Source: Candidatus Binatia bacterium (GTDB taxonomy: Bacteria; Desulfobacterota; Binatia; HRBIN30). From it: a stretch of DNA of 64,000 bases. Where the stretch lies: assembly GCA_038245295.1 (NCBI GenBank), contig JBBRSP010000003.1, positions 96,001 through 160,000 on the forward strand, in the 5' to 3' direction. This document shows positions 8,307-17,123 of this stretch, in pieces. Position 1 is the first letter of the stretch. Each line of letters begins with the position of its first letter. A program made the translations under genes and the position numbers. The notes beneath the pieces were generated by a model that saw only the letters and a list, made by a program, of their open reading frames with translations, did no database searches and had not been told where the DNA came from.

Positions 8307-10571
8307 ATGAAACGCATGACTATGGCGCTCGGCGTCGCGACTGTAGCGGTGTGCCTGGGCGCGCCGGCATGGGCACACGACCCGGACAACGGCGACCAGA
8401 CCGTTGCCGGGGCAACGCATGAGACCAAGCTCGACGAGGTTGTCATCGAAGCCAAGAAGCCGGTGTCGGCGGCCTCGTCCGACGAGGTGCGGGCGCGCGA
8501 CTACGAGCTACGCCCGCACGATACGACGCAAGAGATTCTTAATAACCTTCCTGGCGTTGTCGTGGCGCAACACCAGGGCGGCGGCAAAGCGACGCAGTAC
8601 CTCGTGCGCGGATTCGACGCTGACCACGGCACCGACTTCGCCGTCTCCGTCGACGGGCTGCCGGTCAACCTGCCGACACACGCGCACGGCCAGGGGTATG
8701 CCGATTTGAACTTCGTCATCCCGGAGACCATCGAGCGCTTGCAGCTGCGCAAAGGTCCGTACTTTGCCGACCTGGGTGATTTCGCCAATGCCGGTGCCCT
8801 CAACATGGTGACGCGGGATGAGGTGCCGGAGAACTTCGGACGCGCCGAAGGCGGTTCGTTCGGTACACAGCGCTACGTCGCCGCGGTTTCGCCGAAGCTC
8901 AGTTGGACGAAGAACTTGACCGCGGCGCAGGCGTATTTTTCGGACGGACCATTCGTCAATCCGCAACACTACGCGCGCTACAATTTCTTCACAAAGTTTA
9001 CGATCGATTCGTTGCCCGACTCGAAGTTGTCGCTGACGGCAAGTGTGTATCAGGGTGACTGGGACGGTTCGGGCGAAATCCCGCTGCGGGTCGTGCAAGA
9101 CGGCCGCTTGCAGTTGGATCCGGCCGGGACTCCCAATCCGCGAAGCCGCTCGTTCACGCGCTTCGACTCGATCGATCCCACCGAAGGTGGCTCAAGTGAT
9201 CGCGAGAACCTCAATCTTCAATATAACTATACGCCCAGCGCCCGCGACGACTGGTCGTTCCAACTCTACGGCTCGCGCTATAAGCTGCAGCTGTTTAGTG
9301 ATTTCACCTTCTTCAAGGACACGGGGTTGCGATTCAAAGATGCCAACGGCAACTACATCCCCGGCGACGGCATCGAGCAGAACGACTCGCGTCTGTTGTA
9401 CGGTGGGAAGGCCAAGTACACGCGAAACTGGGGCCTCAGCGATCTGCCCGGTCCGGTCCACGACATCGCGATGCAGACAGAGGTCGGTGTTGAAACACGC
9501 AACGACATCATCGACGTCGCGTTGCACCGCCAACTGCGCCGCCAAAGGTTCTTCACGGTGAACGATGTGGCCGTCGAAGAGCACACGTTCAGCGGTTTTT
9601 TGCAGCAGCAGGTATTCCTTACCGACTGGTTGCGGATTGAGGGTGGGTTACGCGGCGACGTCTTCCTCTTCGACGGCAGCAATCGGCTGCCGCAACAAGG
9701 CAACGACCCGAACTTCGACGCTGTGTACGTTGCCGGGAACTCGACCAACTCGATTGTCAGCCCGAAGGCGAGCATCATCTTGACGCCTCTCAACGACACC
9801 GACGTCTACCTGAACTACGGCAACGGTTTTCATTCGAACGACGCGCGCAATGTCCTGTTGGCCAAAGCCAACCCGCAACTGGCCGGAAATGCGACCTCGG
9901 CGTTGGCACGCTCCACCGGCTACGAGCTCGGCGCACGGACCCGCCAGTTCGGCAAACTCGACGTCGCGGCGGCCTTGTGGCTGCTCGATCTGCAAAGTGA
10001 GTTGGTGTTCTCCGGTGACGGTGGCAACCAGGAAACGGCGGCCGGAGGTAGCTTTCAGCCGAGCGGCCCAACCCGGCGCTGGGGCGTCGACTTCGAAACG
10101 CGTTACGAGCTGACCAGTTGGTTGTTCGCCGACTACGACTTGTCGTGGTCTGATCCGCGCTTTCGGAACACCGGCGAGGCCGTGCCGTTGGCCCCAACGC
10201 TGTTGATGAACGGTGGTTTGACGGCCGAGTGGGCGAATGGCTTCTCGGCTGGCTTGCGTGGGCGGTACCTGGGGGATCGGCCCGCCATCGAGGATCGCAG
10301 CCTGACGGCGCGAGGTTATTTCCTGTTGGACCTGTTGGGCAAATACCGTTGGCGCAATATCGAAGTGTCGTTGGTGCTGCTCAATCTGACCGACACGGAC
10401 TGGCGTGAGGCGCAGTTTGCCGACACGACCTGTGTCTTGGGGGAAGTGGGGAAGGGGAACTGCGCCGCCAACCCCGGCAAACAGGGCAGCCAGGGCGATC
10501 CACCGGACAGCATCCATTTCACTCCGGGTAATCCGTTCAACGTGCGCGGCGGCGTCAGTGTCTACTTCTAG
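8307..10571 (+). CDS. TonB-dependent outer-membrane receptor
   Basis: SD GGAGGG then MKRMTMALG...AWA signal peptide. TonB-box-like DEVVIEA. Plug motif QHQGGGKATQYLVRGFDADHGTD. Ends in a terminal beta-strand VRGGVSVYF. Confidence 0.93.
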   Translation: MKRMTMALGVATVAVCLGAPAWAHDPDNGDQTVAGATHETKLDEVVIEAKKPVSAASSDEVRARDYELRPHDTTQEILNNLPGVVVAQHQGGGKATQYLVRGFDADHGTDFAVSVDGLPVNLPTHAHGQGYADLNFVIPETIERLQLRKGPYFADLGDFANAGALNMVTRDEVPENFGRAEGGSFGTQRYVAAVSPKLSWTKNLTAAQAYFSDGPFVNPQHYARYNFFTKFTIDSLPDSKLSLTASVYQGDWDGSGEIPLRVVQDGRLQLDPAGTPNPRSRSFTRFDSIDPTEGGSSDRENLNLQYNYTPSARDDWSFQLYGSRYKLQLFSDFTFFKDTGLRFKDANGNYIPGDGIEQNDSRLLYGGKAKYTRNWGLSDLPGPVHDIAMQTEVGVETRNDIIDVALHRQLRRQRFFTVNDVAVEEHTFSGFLQQQVFLTDWLRIEGGLRGDVFLFDGSNRLPQQGNDPNFDAVYVAGNSTNSIVSPKASIILTPLNDTDVYLNYGNGFHSNDARNVLLAKANPQLAGNATSALARSTGYELGARTRQFGKLDVAAALWLLDLQSELVFSGDGGNQETAAGGSFQPSGPTRRWGVDFETRYELTSWLFADYDLSWSDPRFRNTGEAVPLAPTLLMNGGLTAEWANGFSAGLRGRYLGDRPAIEDRSLTARGYFLLDLLGKYRWRNIEVSLVLLNLTDTDWREAQFADTTCVLGEVGKGNCAANPGKQGSQGDPPDSIHFTPGNPFNVRGGVSVYF

Positions 10572-10575
10572 GCCG

Positions 10576-11334
10576 ATGCCCCAGCAACTGTCCTCAACGA
10601 CCCGCTCGCCCGCTCTCGCTCCTGTGCGAGCGCGGGCGACGGCGGCTTCCGTCGCACTCCATCTCGTCTTGCTCGGGCTGGCATTTCTGTTGGGGCGGCA
10701 GTCGACCACACCACCGCCGATTCAGATTCGGTTGGTGTACGTCGAGCCCAAGGTGATCGATGCCCCAGCCCCCGCGCCGCCGCCGCCGGCTGCGGAACCG
10801 GCCCAAGCCGCACCGATTGAGGTGCCGCAGACGATGCCCCACAGGGCAGCCGAGAAGCCGATCGATCCGCCGCAACGCAAACATGTGATCGCCGCCAAGA
10901 AGCCGCCGGCAGCGCAGCAGGCGTCGCCACCGGCGCCGGATGCCGCTGCTTCAGATGCAGCCGTTGGTGGTCTCGAGGGTGGCGTGGTCGGTGGGGAAGT
11001 CGGCGGCAAAGAGGGCGGCCGAATTGGTGGCCAAGGTGATGCGCCTGTGCGTGAGGATCAGGTGGCACATCCGCCGACGGTCGTGTCGCGCGTCGTGCCG
11101 ACCTATCCCGCCATGGCACGGGCCCGCGGCATCGAAGGGCGTGTTCTGTTGCGAGCCATCGTTGATCGTGACGGCCATGTAGAACCGGCGGTGGAGGTCA
11201 TCGAATCGATGGCGCCGTTCGATGTCCCGGCAGTCGATGCCCTGCGCCAGTGGCACTTTCACCCGGGAAGCGACGCCGACGGAAAGACGGTCCGCGTGGT
11301 CGTCGAGGTGCCGATGCGTTTTCAGTTACGTTGA
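10576..11334 (+). CDS. tonB: TonB family energy transducer
   Basis: TM segment SVALHLVLLGL, Pro/Ala-rich linker, and C-domain YPAMARARGIEGRV...WHFHPG...VPMRFQLR. Confidence 0.9.
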   Translation: MPQQLSSTTRSPALAPVRARATAASVALHLVLLGLAFLLGRQSTTPPPIQIRLVYVEPKVIDAPAPAPPPPAAEPAQAAPIEVPQTMPHRAAEKPIDPPQRKHVIAAKKPPAAQQASPPAPDAAASDAAVGGLEGGVVGGEVGGKEGGRIGGQGDAPVREDQVAHPPTVVSRVVPTYPAMARARGIEGRVLLRAIVDRDGHVEPAVEVIESMAPFDVPAVDALRQWHFHPGSDADGKTVRVVVEVPMRFQLR

Positions 11335-11342
11335 ATCAAACT

Positions 11343-11367
11343 GGTAGGCGCAGGCTTCAGCCTGCGG
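11343..11367 (+). repeat. GTAG-type REP palindrome
   Basis: GGTAGGCGCAGGCTTCAGCCTGCGG, identical to the copy at 24182-24206; lies between convergent genes. Confidence 0.85.
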
Positions 11368-11387
11368 TGTGCTCCGATAATTTGCTG

Positions 11388-11690
11388 TCAGCCAAGCACG
11401 GCGCGGAATTGCCGGAGCAGCTCGTGGCGCAACTGTTCGGGCACATCGTCGTCGGTGAGTTTGGCCAGGTCACTGCGGTACCAGTGACAATCCTTGACGT
11501 AGAAATAGGAAAACACACTGTCGTAGGCGACCGTCGCGGTGAGAGCGTAGTCGCCGGCCCGCATCGCCAGCACGCGTTTGTCCGAGGCGATGACAAAACG
11601 CTTGTCGTGCATGGCGCGAAACAGGTTCAGTCGTAAACCCGTGTAGCGACGCAAACACGTCCATCTCGCTTCAAGCGAGTGCTGGCTCAT
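11388..11690 (-). CDS. Hypothetical protein
   Basis: 100-aa ORF that fills the gap between tonB and tldD, with protein-like composition. No family recognised. Confidence 0.6.
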   Translation of the reverse strand: MSQHSLEARWTCLRRYTGLRLNLFRAMHDKRFVIASDKRVLAMRAGDYALTATVAYDSVFSYFYVKDCHWYRSDLAKLTDDDVPEQLRHELLRQFRAVLG

Positions 11691-11785
11691 CGAGCCGCTC
11701 CATTGCGCGCTTCAAACACTCTATGTGGCTCCGTGTAGATCCGTATGGTAGTCAGAAAAAAAACCTGAGATCAAGGAACTTCTCA

Positions 11786-13240
11786 ATGCCGACCCCCCCG
11801 ACCACTGTCGATCCCGTCCGCTTCTTTTTGGAGCGCTTCGGGCTATCGCACAACCAACTCGAAAATACCGTCGCCTCGGCCATCGCCCGCCGCGCTGACT
11901 ACGCTGATCTCTACTTCGAATTCCGTACATTACAAAGTCTCAGCTTGGAAGATGGAATCGTCAAGAGCGCCGGACAGCACGTGGCGCAGGGCGCCGGCGT
12001 GCGCGTCGTCGCCGGCGACAAGACCGGTTACGCGCACTCCGACGACGTTAGCATTGAGAGTCTGCAGTTGGCCACGCGGACGGCTCAAGCGATCGCCCAG
12101 CAGTCGAGTGATCCGCGTTCGGTGGCGGTTCGCCCGATGGTCGCGGCGCACGATCTCTACACCCTGGCGCGGTCGCCGTTCGACATCCGGCTGGCCGACA
12201 AGGTCGACCTTCTCAACCGCATCGATATCGCGGCGCGGCGTCACGACTCGCGCATCAAGAACGTGATGGCCTCGGTGGCGGTCGAAGAAAAGTACATCGT
12301 CATCGTAGGGTCGACCGGCTTTATCATCGGCGACGTACAACCTCTCGTACGCCTCAATGTCACCTGCATCGCCGAGGAGAATGGCCAGCGCCAACAAGGC
12401 ACCTATGGCGGCGGCGGTCGGGTAGAATTCGAGTTTCTCCTGCAAGAGGACCGCTGGCTGCGCTACACGCGTACCGCTGCAGACCATGCCCTGCGCAACT
12501 TGAAAGCGGTGGATGCCCCAGCGGGATCGATGACCGTCGTGCTGGGCCCGGGTTGGCCCGGCGTGCTGTTACACGAGGCCGTTGGTCACGGACTGGAAGG
12601 CGACTTCAATCGCAAGCAGATCTCGGCGTTCTCGGGCCTGATCGGCAAACAGGTGGCGTCGGAGTTGGTGAGTGTCGTCGACGACGGGACGATGCCGAAT
12701 CGCCGCGGTTCGTTGAACGTCGACGACGAAGGCACACCGACCAGCCGCACGGTGCTCATCGAGAAGGGTATCCTGCGCGGTTACCTGCAGGACCGCATGA
12801 ACGGGCGATTGTCGGGAATGCCGCTCACAGGAAATGGCCGGCGCGAGAGTTTTGCGCACATGCCGATGCCGCGCATGACGAACACGTTCATGTTGGCCGG
12901 CGAGTCGACGCACGACGATATCATTCGGTCGGTCGACCGCGGCTTGTACGCCGCCTACTTCGGCGGCGGCCAGGTCGACATCACCAGCGGCAAGTTCGTC
13001 TTCTCGGCGAGCGAGGCCTATCTGATCGAGGGTGGTAAACTGACGCGTCCCGTGAAGGGTGCAACCTTGATCGGTAGCGGCCCCGAAGCGCTCAAGCGTG
13101 TCTCTATGGTGGGTAACGATCTTGAGCTCGACGAAGGCATCGGCACTTGCGGCAAGGACGGCCAATCGGTGCCCGTTGGGGTCGGTATGCCGACGGTGCG
13201 AATCGACGGCATGACCGTCGGTGGAACACAGGCGAGCTGA
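11786..13240 (+). CDS. tldD: Metalloprotease TldD
   Basis: GWPGVLLHEAVGHGLEGDFNRK, PMPRMTNT, GGGQVDITSGKFVF and CGKDGQSVPVGVG. Confidence 0.96.
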   Translation: MPTPPTTVDPVRFFLERFGLSHNQLENTVASAIARRADYADLYFEFRTLQSLSLEDGIVKSAGQHVAQGAGVRVVAGDKTGYAHSDDVSIESLQLATRTAQAIAQQSSDPRSVAVRPMVAAHDLYTLARSPFDIRLADKVDLLNRIDIAARRHDSRIKNVMASVAVEEKYIVIVGSTGFIIGDVQPLVRLNVTCIAEENGQRQQGTYGGGGRVEFEFLLQEDRWLRYTRTAADHALRNLKAVDAPAGSMTVVLGPGWPGVLLHEAVGHGLEGDFNRKQISAFSGLIGKQVASELVSVVDDGTMPNRRGSLNVDDEGTPTSRTVLIEKGILRGYLQDRMNGRLSGMPLTGNGRRESFAHMPMPRMTNTFMLAGESTHDDIIRSVDRGLYAAYFGGGQVDITSGKFVFSASEAYLIEGGKLTRPVKGATLIGSGPEALKRVSMVGNDLELDEGIGTCGKDGQSVPVGVGMPTVRIDGMTVGGTQAS

Positions 13241-13243
13241 GCT

Positions 13244-14599
13244 ATGGGACTCGACATGCAACTCGAAGACGTGGCGCAGCAGCTTCTGGCGGCGGCCAAG
13301 AGTGCTGGAGCAACGGCCGCCGACGTCGTCGTCGCCGAAGGCGACTCGCTCGAAACGGGGGTCCGCCTCGGCGAGATTGAGAAGCTCAAACAGTCGCGCC
13401 AGAAACATCTTGGTTTGCGCGTGTTCGTCGGTGACCGAAGCGCCGTGACCTCGTCGTCTGATTTCTCGGCCGCTGCGATTCGTCAACTCGCCGTCGATAC
13501 CTGTGAGCTGGCAAAGGTGATCGCGGCCGACCCATTTGGTGGGCTCCCGGAGGCGTCCGACCTGGCCCAATCGGTGCCAGATCTCGATCTCTACGACCCA
13601 GCCGTCGCCGAGTTCACGGCCGAGGCGGCCATCGAGCTGGCCAAGGAAGCCGAAGCGGCGGCGCTCGGAGCCGATCCGCGTATCACCAATTCCGAGGGTG
13701 CCGAGTGTGGCGCGTCGACGTCGCGTGTTTTGTATGCCTCGTCGCTCGGCTTCTTGGGCAGCTATCGCGACTCGGGTGTATCCCTGTCGACCGTACCGAT
13801 CGCCTCCGAGAACGGTTCGATGCAGCGCGACTACTGGTACACCGCGCAACGCCGCCTTTCGGCGCTCGAGGCGCCCGGGGACGTTGGTCGCAAGGCGGCG
13901 GCCCGGGCTTTGCGGCGCCTCAACGGCAAGCAGGTCAAAACGTGCGCGGTACCGGTCGTATTCGATCCGGACGTTGCCGCAAGCCTGATCCGTCACCTCG
14001 CGGGAGCGGTCTCGGGATATTCTCTCTATAAGGGGAGCTCGTTCTTGATCGGTAAACTCGGCCAACGCATCGCGCCGGAGTTTGTGACGATCTTCGACGA
14101 TGGCACCCTGGTCGGGCGCCTGGGCTCGAAGCCGTTCGATGCCGAAGGTTTGGCGACCCGCCGCAATGTTGTGGTCGAGAAGGGTGTCTTGAAGAGTTAC
14201 CTGTTCGACACCTATTCGGCACGCAAGCTCAACAGCCGCAGCACCGGCAATGCGGCGCGCTCGGTTGGTTCGCCGCCGATGGTGTCGACGACCAACTTCA
14301 TTCTCGAAGCCGGTACTTCAACGCCGCAAGAGATCATCGCTTCGGTGCGTGACGGGCTCTATGTGACCGAGCTCATCGGTATGGGCGTCAACGGGACCAC
14401 CGGTGACTACTCGCGTGGTGCCGTCGGCTTGTGGATTGAGAACGGCCAGCTGGCGTATCCGGTGGAAGAGATCACCATTGCCGGGAACCTGCTGGAGATG
14501 TACCAGCGCCTCGAGATGATCGGCAACGATCTCGACTATCGTCATTCGGTTTGTGCGCCGACGCTCAAGATCGCCAAAATGACCGTTGCGGGAAGCTGA
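13244..14599 (+). CDS. pmbA: TldE/PmbA partner subunit
   Basis: Directly follows tldD. MQRDYWY, SKPFDAEG, TGDYSRGAVGLWIENG and EITIAGNL; no HExxxH motif. Confidence 0.95.
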   Translation: MGLDMQLEDVAQQLLAAAKSAGATAADVVVAEGDSLETGVRLGEIEKLKQSRQKHLGLRVFVGDRSAVTSSSDFSAAAIRQLAVDTCELAKVIAADPFGGLPEASDLAQSVPDLDLYDPAVAEFTAEAAIELAKEAEAAALGADPRITNSEGAECGASTSRVLYASSLGFLGSYRDSGVSLSTVPIASENGSMQRDYWYTAQRRLSALEAPGDVGRKAAARALRRLNGKQVKTCAVPVVFDPDVAASLIRHLAGAVSGYSLYKGSSFLIGKLGQRIAPEFVTIFDDGTLVGRLGSKPFDAEGLATRRNVVVEKGVLKSYLFDTYSARKLNSRSTGNAARSVGSPPMVSTTNFILEAGTSTPQEIIASVRDGLYVTELIGMGVNGTTGDYSRGAVGLWIENGQLAYPVEEITIAGNLLEMYQRLEMIGNDLDYRHSVCAPTLKIAKMTVAGS

Positions 14600-15240
14600 T
14601 GCGATTGCGCTCCGTCGTCCTGTTGCTGCTGCTCGTCGGGGGCAGTGGCTGCGGGCTTTTCCGGCACAGCATCGAGGCGACCCCTGGCGCCAGTGAGGAG
14701 GGCACGGCCTCGTGGTACGGTCCTGGGTTTCACGGCAACAAGACGGCCAGCGGCGAAGTTTATGATCAGCGCGACCTCACGGCGGCGCATCAGACCCTGC
14801 CGCTGGGCACGCGGGTGTCGGTCACCAATCTGGCCAATGGTCGTGAGATCGAAGTGCGCATCAACGATCGCGGCCCGTTCGCGCGCCGGCGAATCATCGA
14901 TCTGTCGTATGCCGCGGCGCAAGCGATCGGTATGGTCGGCCCGGGGACAGCCACCGTGCGGATCGAAGTTCTTGATCAAGGCGGCGAGACAATGCCCAGC
15001 GCCACCTTCACCATTCAGGTCGGTTCGTTTGCGGATGAGCGTAACGCCACGGCGTTGCGCGAACGCCTTGGGACGCGTTTTGGCGACGTTCGCATCGTCC
15101 CGGCCGTGACCCCGTCGGGCAGCTTCTTCCGTGTTCGCGTCGGTACGTTCACGCAGCGTGAGCGCGCCGCCAAACGCGCCCGGGATCTCGCACCCATAGG
15201 CCTGACTCCGATCGTCGTCGAAGACGGGCAACGCCTCTAG
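14599..15240 (+). CDS. rlpA: Septal ring lytic transglycosylase RlpA (DPBB + SPOR), lipoprotein
   Basis: Lipobox-like GGSGC, GTASWYG, TAAHQTLPLGT, VRINDRGPF, IIDLSYAAA, and SPOR-type IQVGSF. Confidence 0.93.
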   Translation: MRLRSVVLLLLLVGGSGCGLFRHSIEATPGASEEGTASWYGPGFHGNKTASGEVYDQRDLTAAHQTLPLGTRVSVTNLANGREIEVRINDRGPFARRRIIDLSYAAAQAIGMVGPGTATVRIEVLDQGGETMPSATFTIQVGSFADERNATALRERLGTRFGDVRIVPAVTPSGSFFRVRVGTFTQRERAAKRARDLAPIGLTPIVVEDGQRL

Positions 15241-15258
15241 GGAAATTGCGGGAACTGC

Positions 15259-15876
15259 GTGTCGGGTAACTCGAAGCCGCTGGCTGAAGCTCTCGTGTTG
15301 CTCGTCCTGACCCTGGCATTGGCGATTGGCCTGCACGCACCGATGATGTGGTTGGTAGTGCCCGTCGCCTGGCTGAGTTGGTGCGGTCGCGAGCCGGCGG
15401 CCTACGGCCTGAGCGCGCGCCATTGGGGTTCTTGGAGTTTTCACCTGTTCAATGCGGTTGGGATCCTTGGGGCCTATCTCGTCGTCCACTATTGTTACGG
15501 GCACTTCTGGCTGGGACATGAGTTTGTCCTGCGCTGGCCCGAGGAACCGCTGTGGTTCGCCTTCAACCAGATTCTAGCCACGGCTCTTCCTGAGGAATGC
15601 TTCTTCCGCGGCTATTTGCAGACGCAGCTCGACCTGGCCTGGCCACCACGTTGGCGTCTTCTCGGCGCGACGGTCGGCCCTGGATTGTTCCTCACAGCTC
15701 TGTTGTTCGGCCTTTGTCATCTGTTTCATGGCGGGCCCGCCCGAGTGGTCACGGCGCTGCCGGGATTGTGGTACGGCTGGCAGAGGGCGCGTACCGGATC
15801 CATCGCGGCCTCGGTCTTCTACCACGGCGCCAGCAACGTTCTGATGGCGACAATGCTTGGAAGTTTAAGTTCTTGA
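15259..15876 (+). CDS. CPBP family glutamic intramembrane protease, myxosortase-like
   Basis: Motifs PEECFFRGYLQ, FGLCH and YHGASN; several TM segments. Confidence 0.88.
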   Translation: MSGNSKPLAEALVLLVLTLALAIGLHAPMMWLVVPVAWLSWCGREPAAYGLSARHWGSWSFHLFNAVGILGAYLVVHYCYGHFWLGHEFVLRWPEEPLWFAFNQILATALPEECFFRGYLQTQLDLAWPPRWRLLGATVGPGLFLTALLFGLCHLFHGGPARVVTALPGLWYGWQRARTGSIAASVFYHGASNVLMATMLGSLSS

Positions 15877-15998
15877 CGAGTCCGTCGACTCGGTGACACG
15901 CCGCCGCCGCCGGTGCGGTTGTCAATCGCCTGTGTCGGAAGCTCTTGCATCTGGCGTGCGAATTGCTGCATTGCAGAGGTTGGAGGGGACTGTACGCC

Positions 15999-17114
15999 AT
16001 GGACATCACGCAACTACTGACGTTTGCACATCGGGAAGGCGCCTCGGACGTCCATCTGTCGGCTGGCGAGCCCCCGATGGTGCGTATGCATGGCGACATG
16101 AAGAAGATCGAGCACCCGCCGTTGTCGCATGAGGAAGTGCACGACATGGTGTTCGACATCATGAGCGACGCCGTGCGGCGTGTGTTCCAAGAAACCAACG
16201 ATGTCGACTTTTCCTTCGAGCTCGGAGATATCGCCCGCTTCCGCGTCAACGTCTTCCGGACGCGACGCGGCGAGGCAGGCGTCTTCCGAACAATTCCGAC
16301 CAAGGTCATGACACTCGACGAGCTCGGCCTGCCGCCGATCCTGCGCGACTTGTGCAATAAGGAGAAGGGTCTGGTTCTGGTCACCGGACCCACCGGCTCG
16401 GGTAAATCGACGACGCTCGCGGCGATGATCGACTACATCAACGAGACCTATGAAGGCCACATCTTAACGATCGAGGATCCGATCGAGTTCGTGCATAAGT
16501 CGAAGAAGTGTCTGGTCAACCAACGCGAGGTTGGGCCGCACACCATGAGTTTCGACAACGCGCTACGCGGTGCCTTGCGTGAAGATCCGGACGTCATTCT
16601 GGTCGGCGAAATGCGTGACCTGGAGACAATCTCCTTGGCCCTGACGGCCGCTGAAACGGGCCATCTCGTGTTCGGTACGCTGCATACGTCGAGCGCTCCG
16701 AAAACCGTCGATCGCGTCATCGACGTATTCCCCGCGGCGCAGCAGGAGCAGATCCGCGCCATGTTCGCCGAGTCGATCCAAGCGGTGGTGACGCAGACGC
16801 TCTTAAAGAAGCGCGCCGGCGGGCGCATCGCGGCACTGGAGATCCTCATTGGCACATCGGCCGTGCGCAATCTGATCCGCGAGAACAAGATTCACCAGAT
16901 CCCGTCGATGCTACAGACGGGTCAATCCTTTGGCATGCAGACGATGGATATGGCGCTGACCGAGCTGGCGAGCCGTGGCGTGGTTACCAAGGAGGAAGCA
17001 CAGGCCAAGAGCATGACGTCGAACCTGTTTGGTGCACCAATCCCGGGCAGTGGTCCTGCCGATCCCAGGGCGGCACAACAGCGTCTGACTCGACCAACGT
17101 TGGCCGGTCGTTGA
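15999..17114 (+). CDS. pilT: Type IV pilus retraction ATPase PilT
   Basis: ASDVHL, GPTGSGKSTT, TIEDPIE, LREDPDVILVGEMRD, GTLHT and AVRNLIRE. Confidence 0.96.
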   Translation: MDITQLLTFAHREGASDVHLSAGEPPMVRMHGDMKKIEHPPLSHEEVHDMVFDIMSDAVRRVFQETNDVDFSFELGDIARFRVNVFRTRRGEAGVFRTIPTKVMTLDELGLPPILRDLCNKEKGLVLVTGPTGSGKSTTLAAMIDYINETYEGHILTIEDPIEFVHKSKKCLVNQREVGPHTMSFDNALRGALREDPDVILVGEMRDLETISLALTAAETGHLVFGTLHTSSAPKTVDRVIDVFPAAQQEQIRAMFAESIQAVVTQTLLKKRAGGRIAALEILIGTSAVRNLIRENKIHQIPSMLQTGQSFGMQTMDMALTELASRGVVTKEEAQAKSMTSNLFGAPIPGSGPADPRAAQQRLTRPTLAGR

Positions 17115-17123
17115 GGTAGGACG

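Noticed and set aside
11786..14599. TldD/PmbA as part of a RiPP cluster
   Set aside because: No precursor peptide, YcaO or other modifying enzyme is adjacent; the context looks housekeeping.
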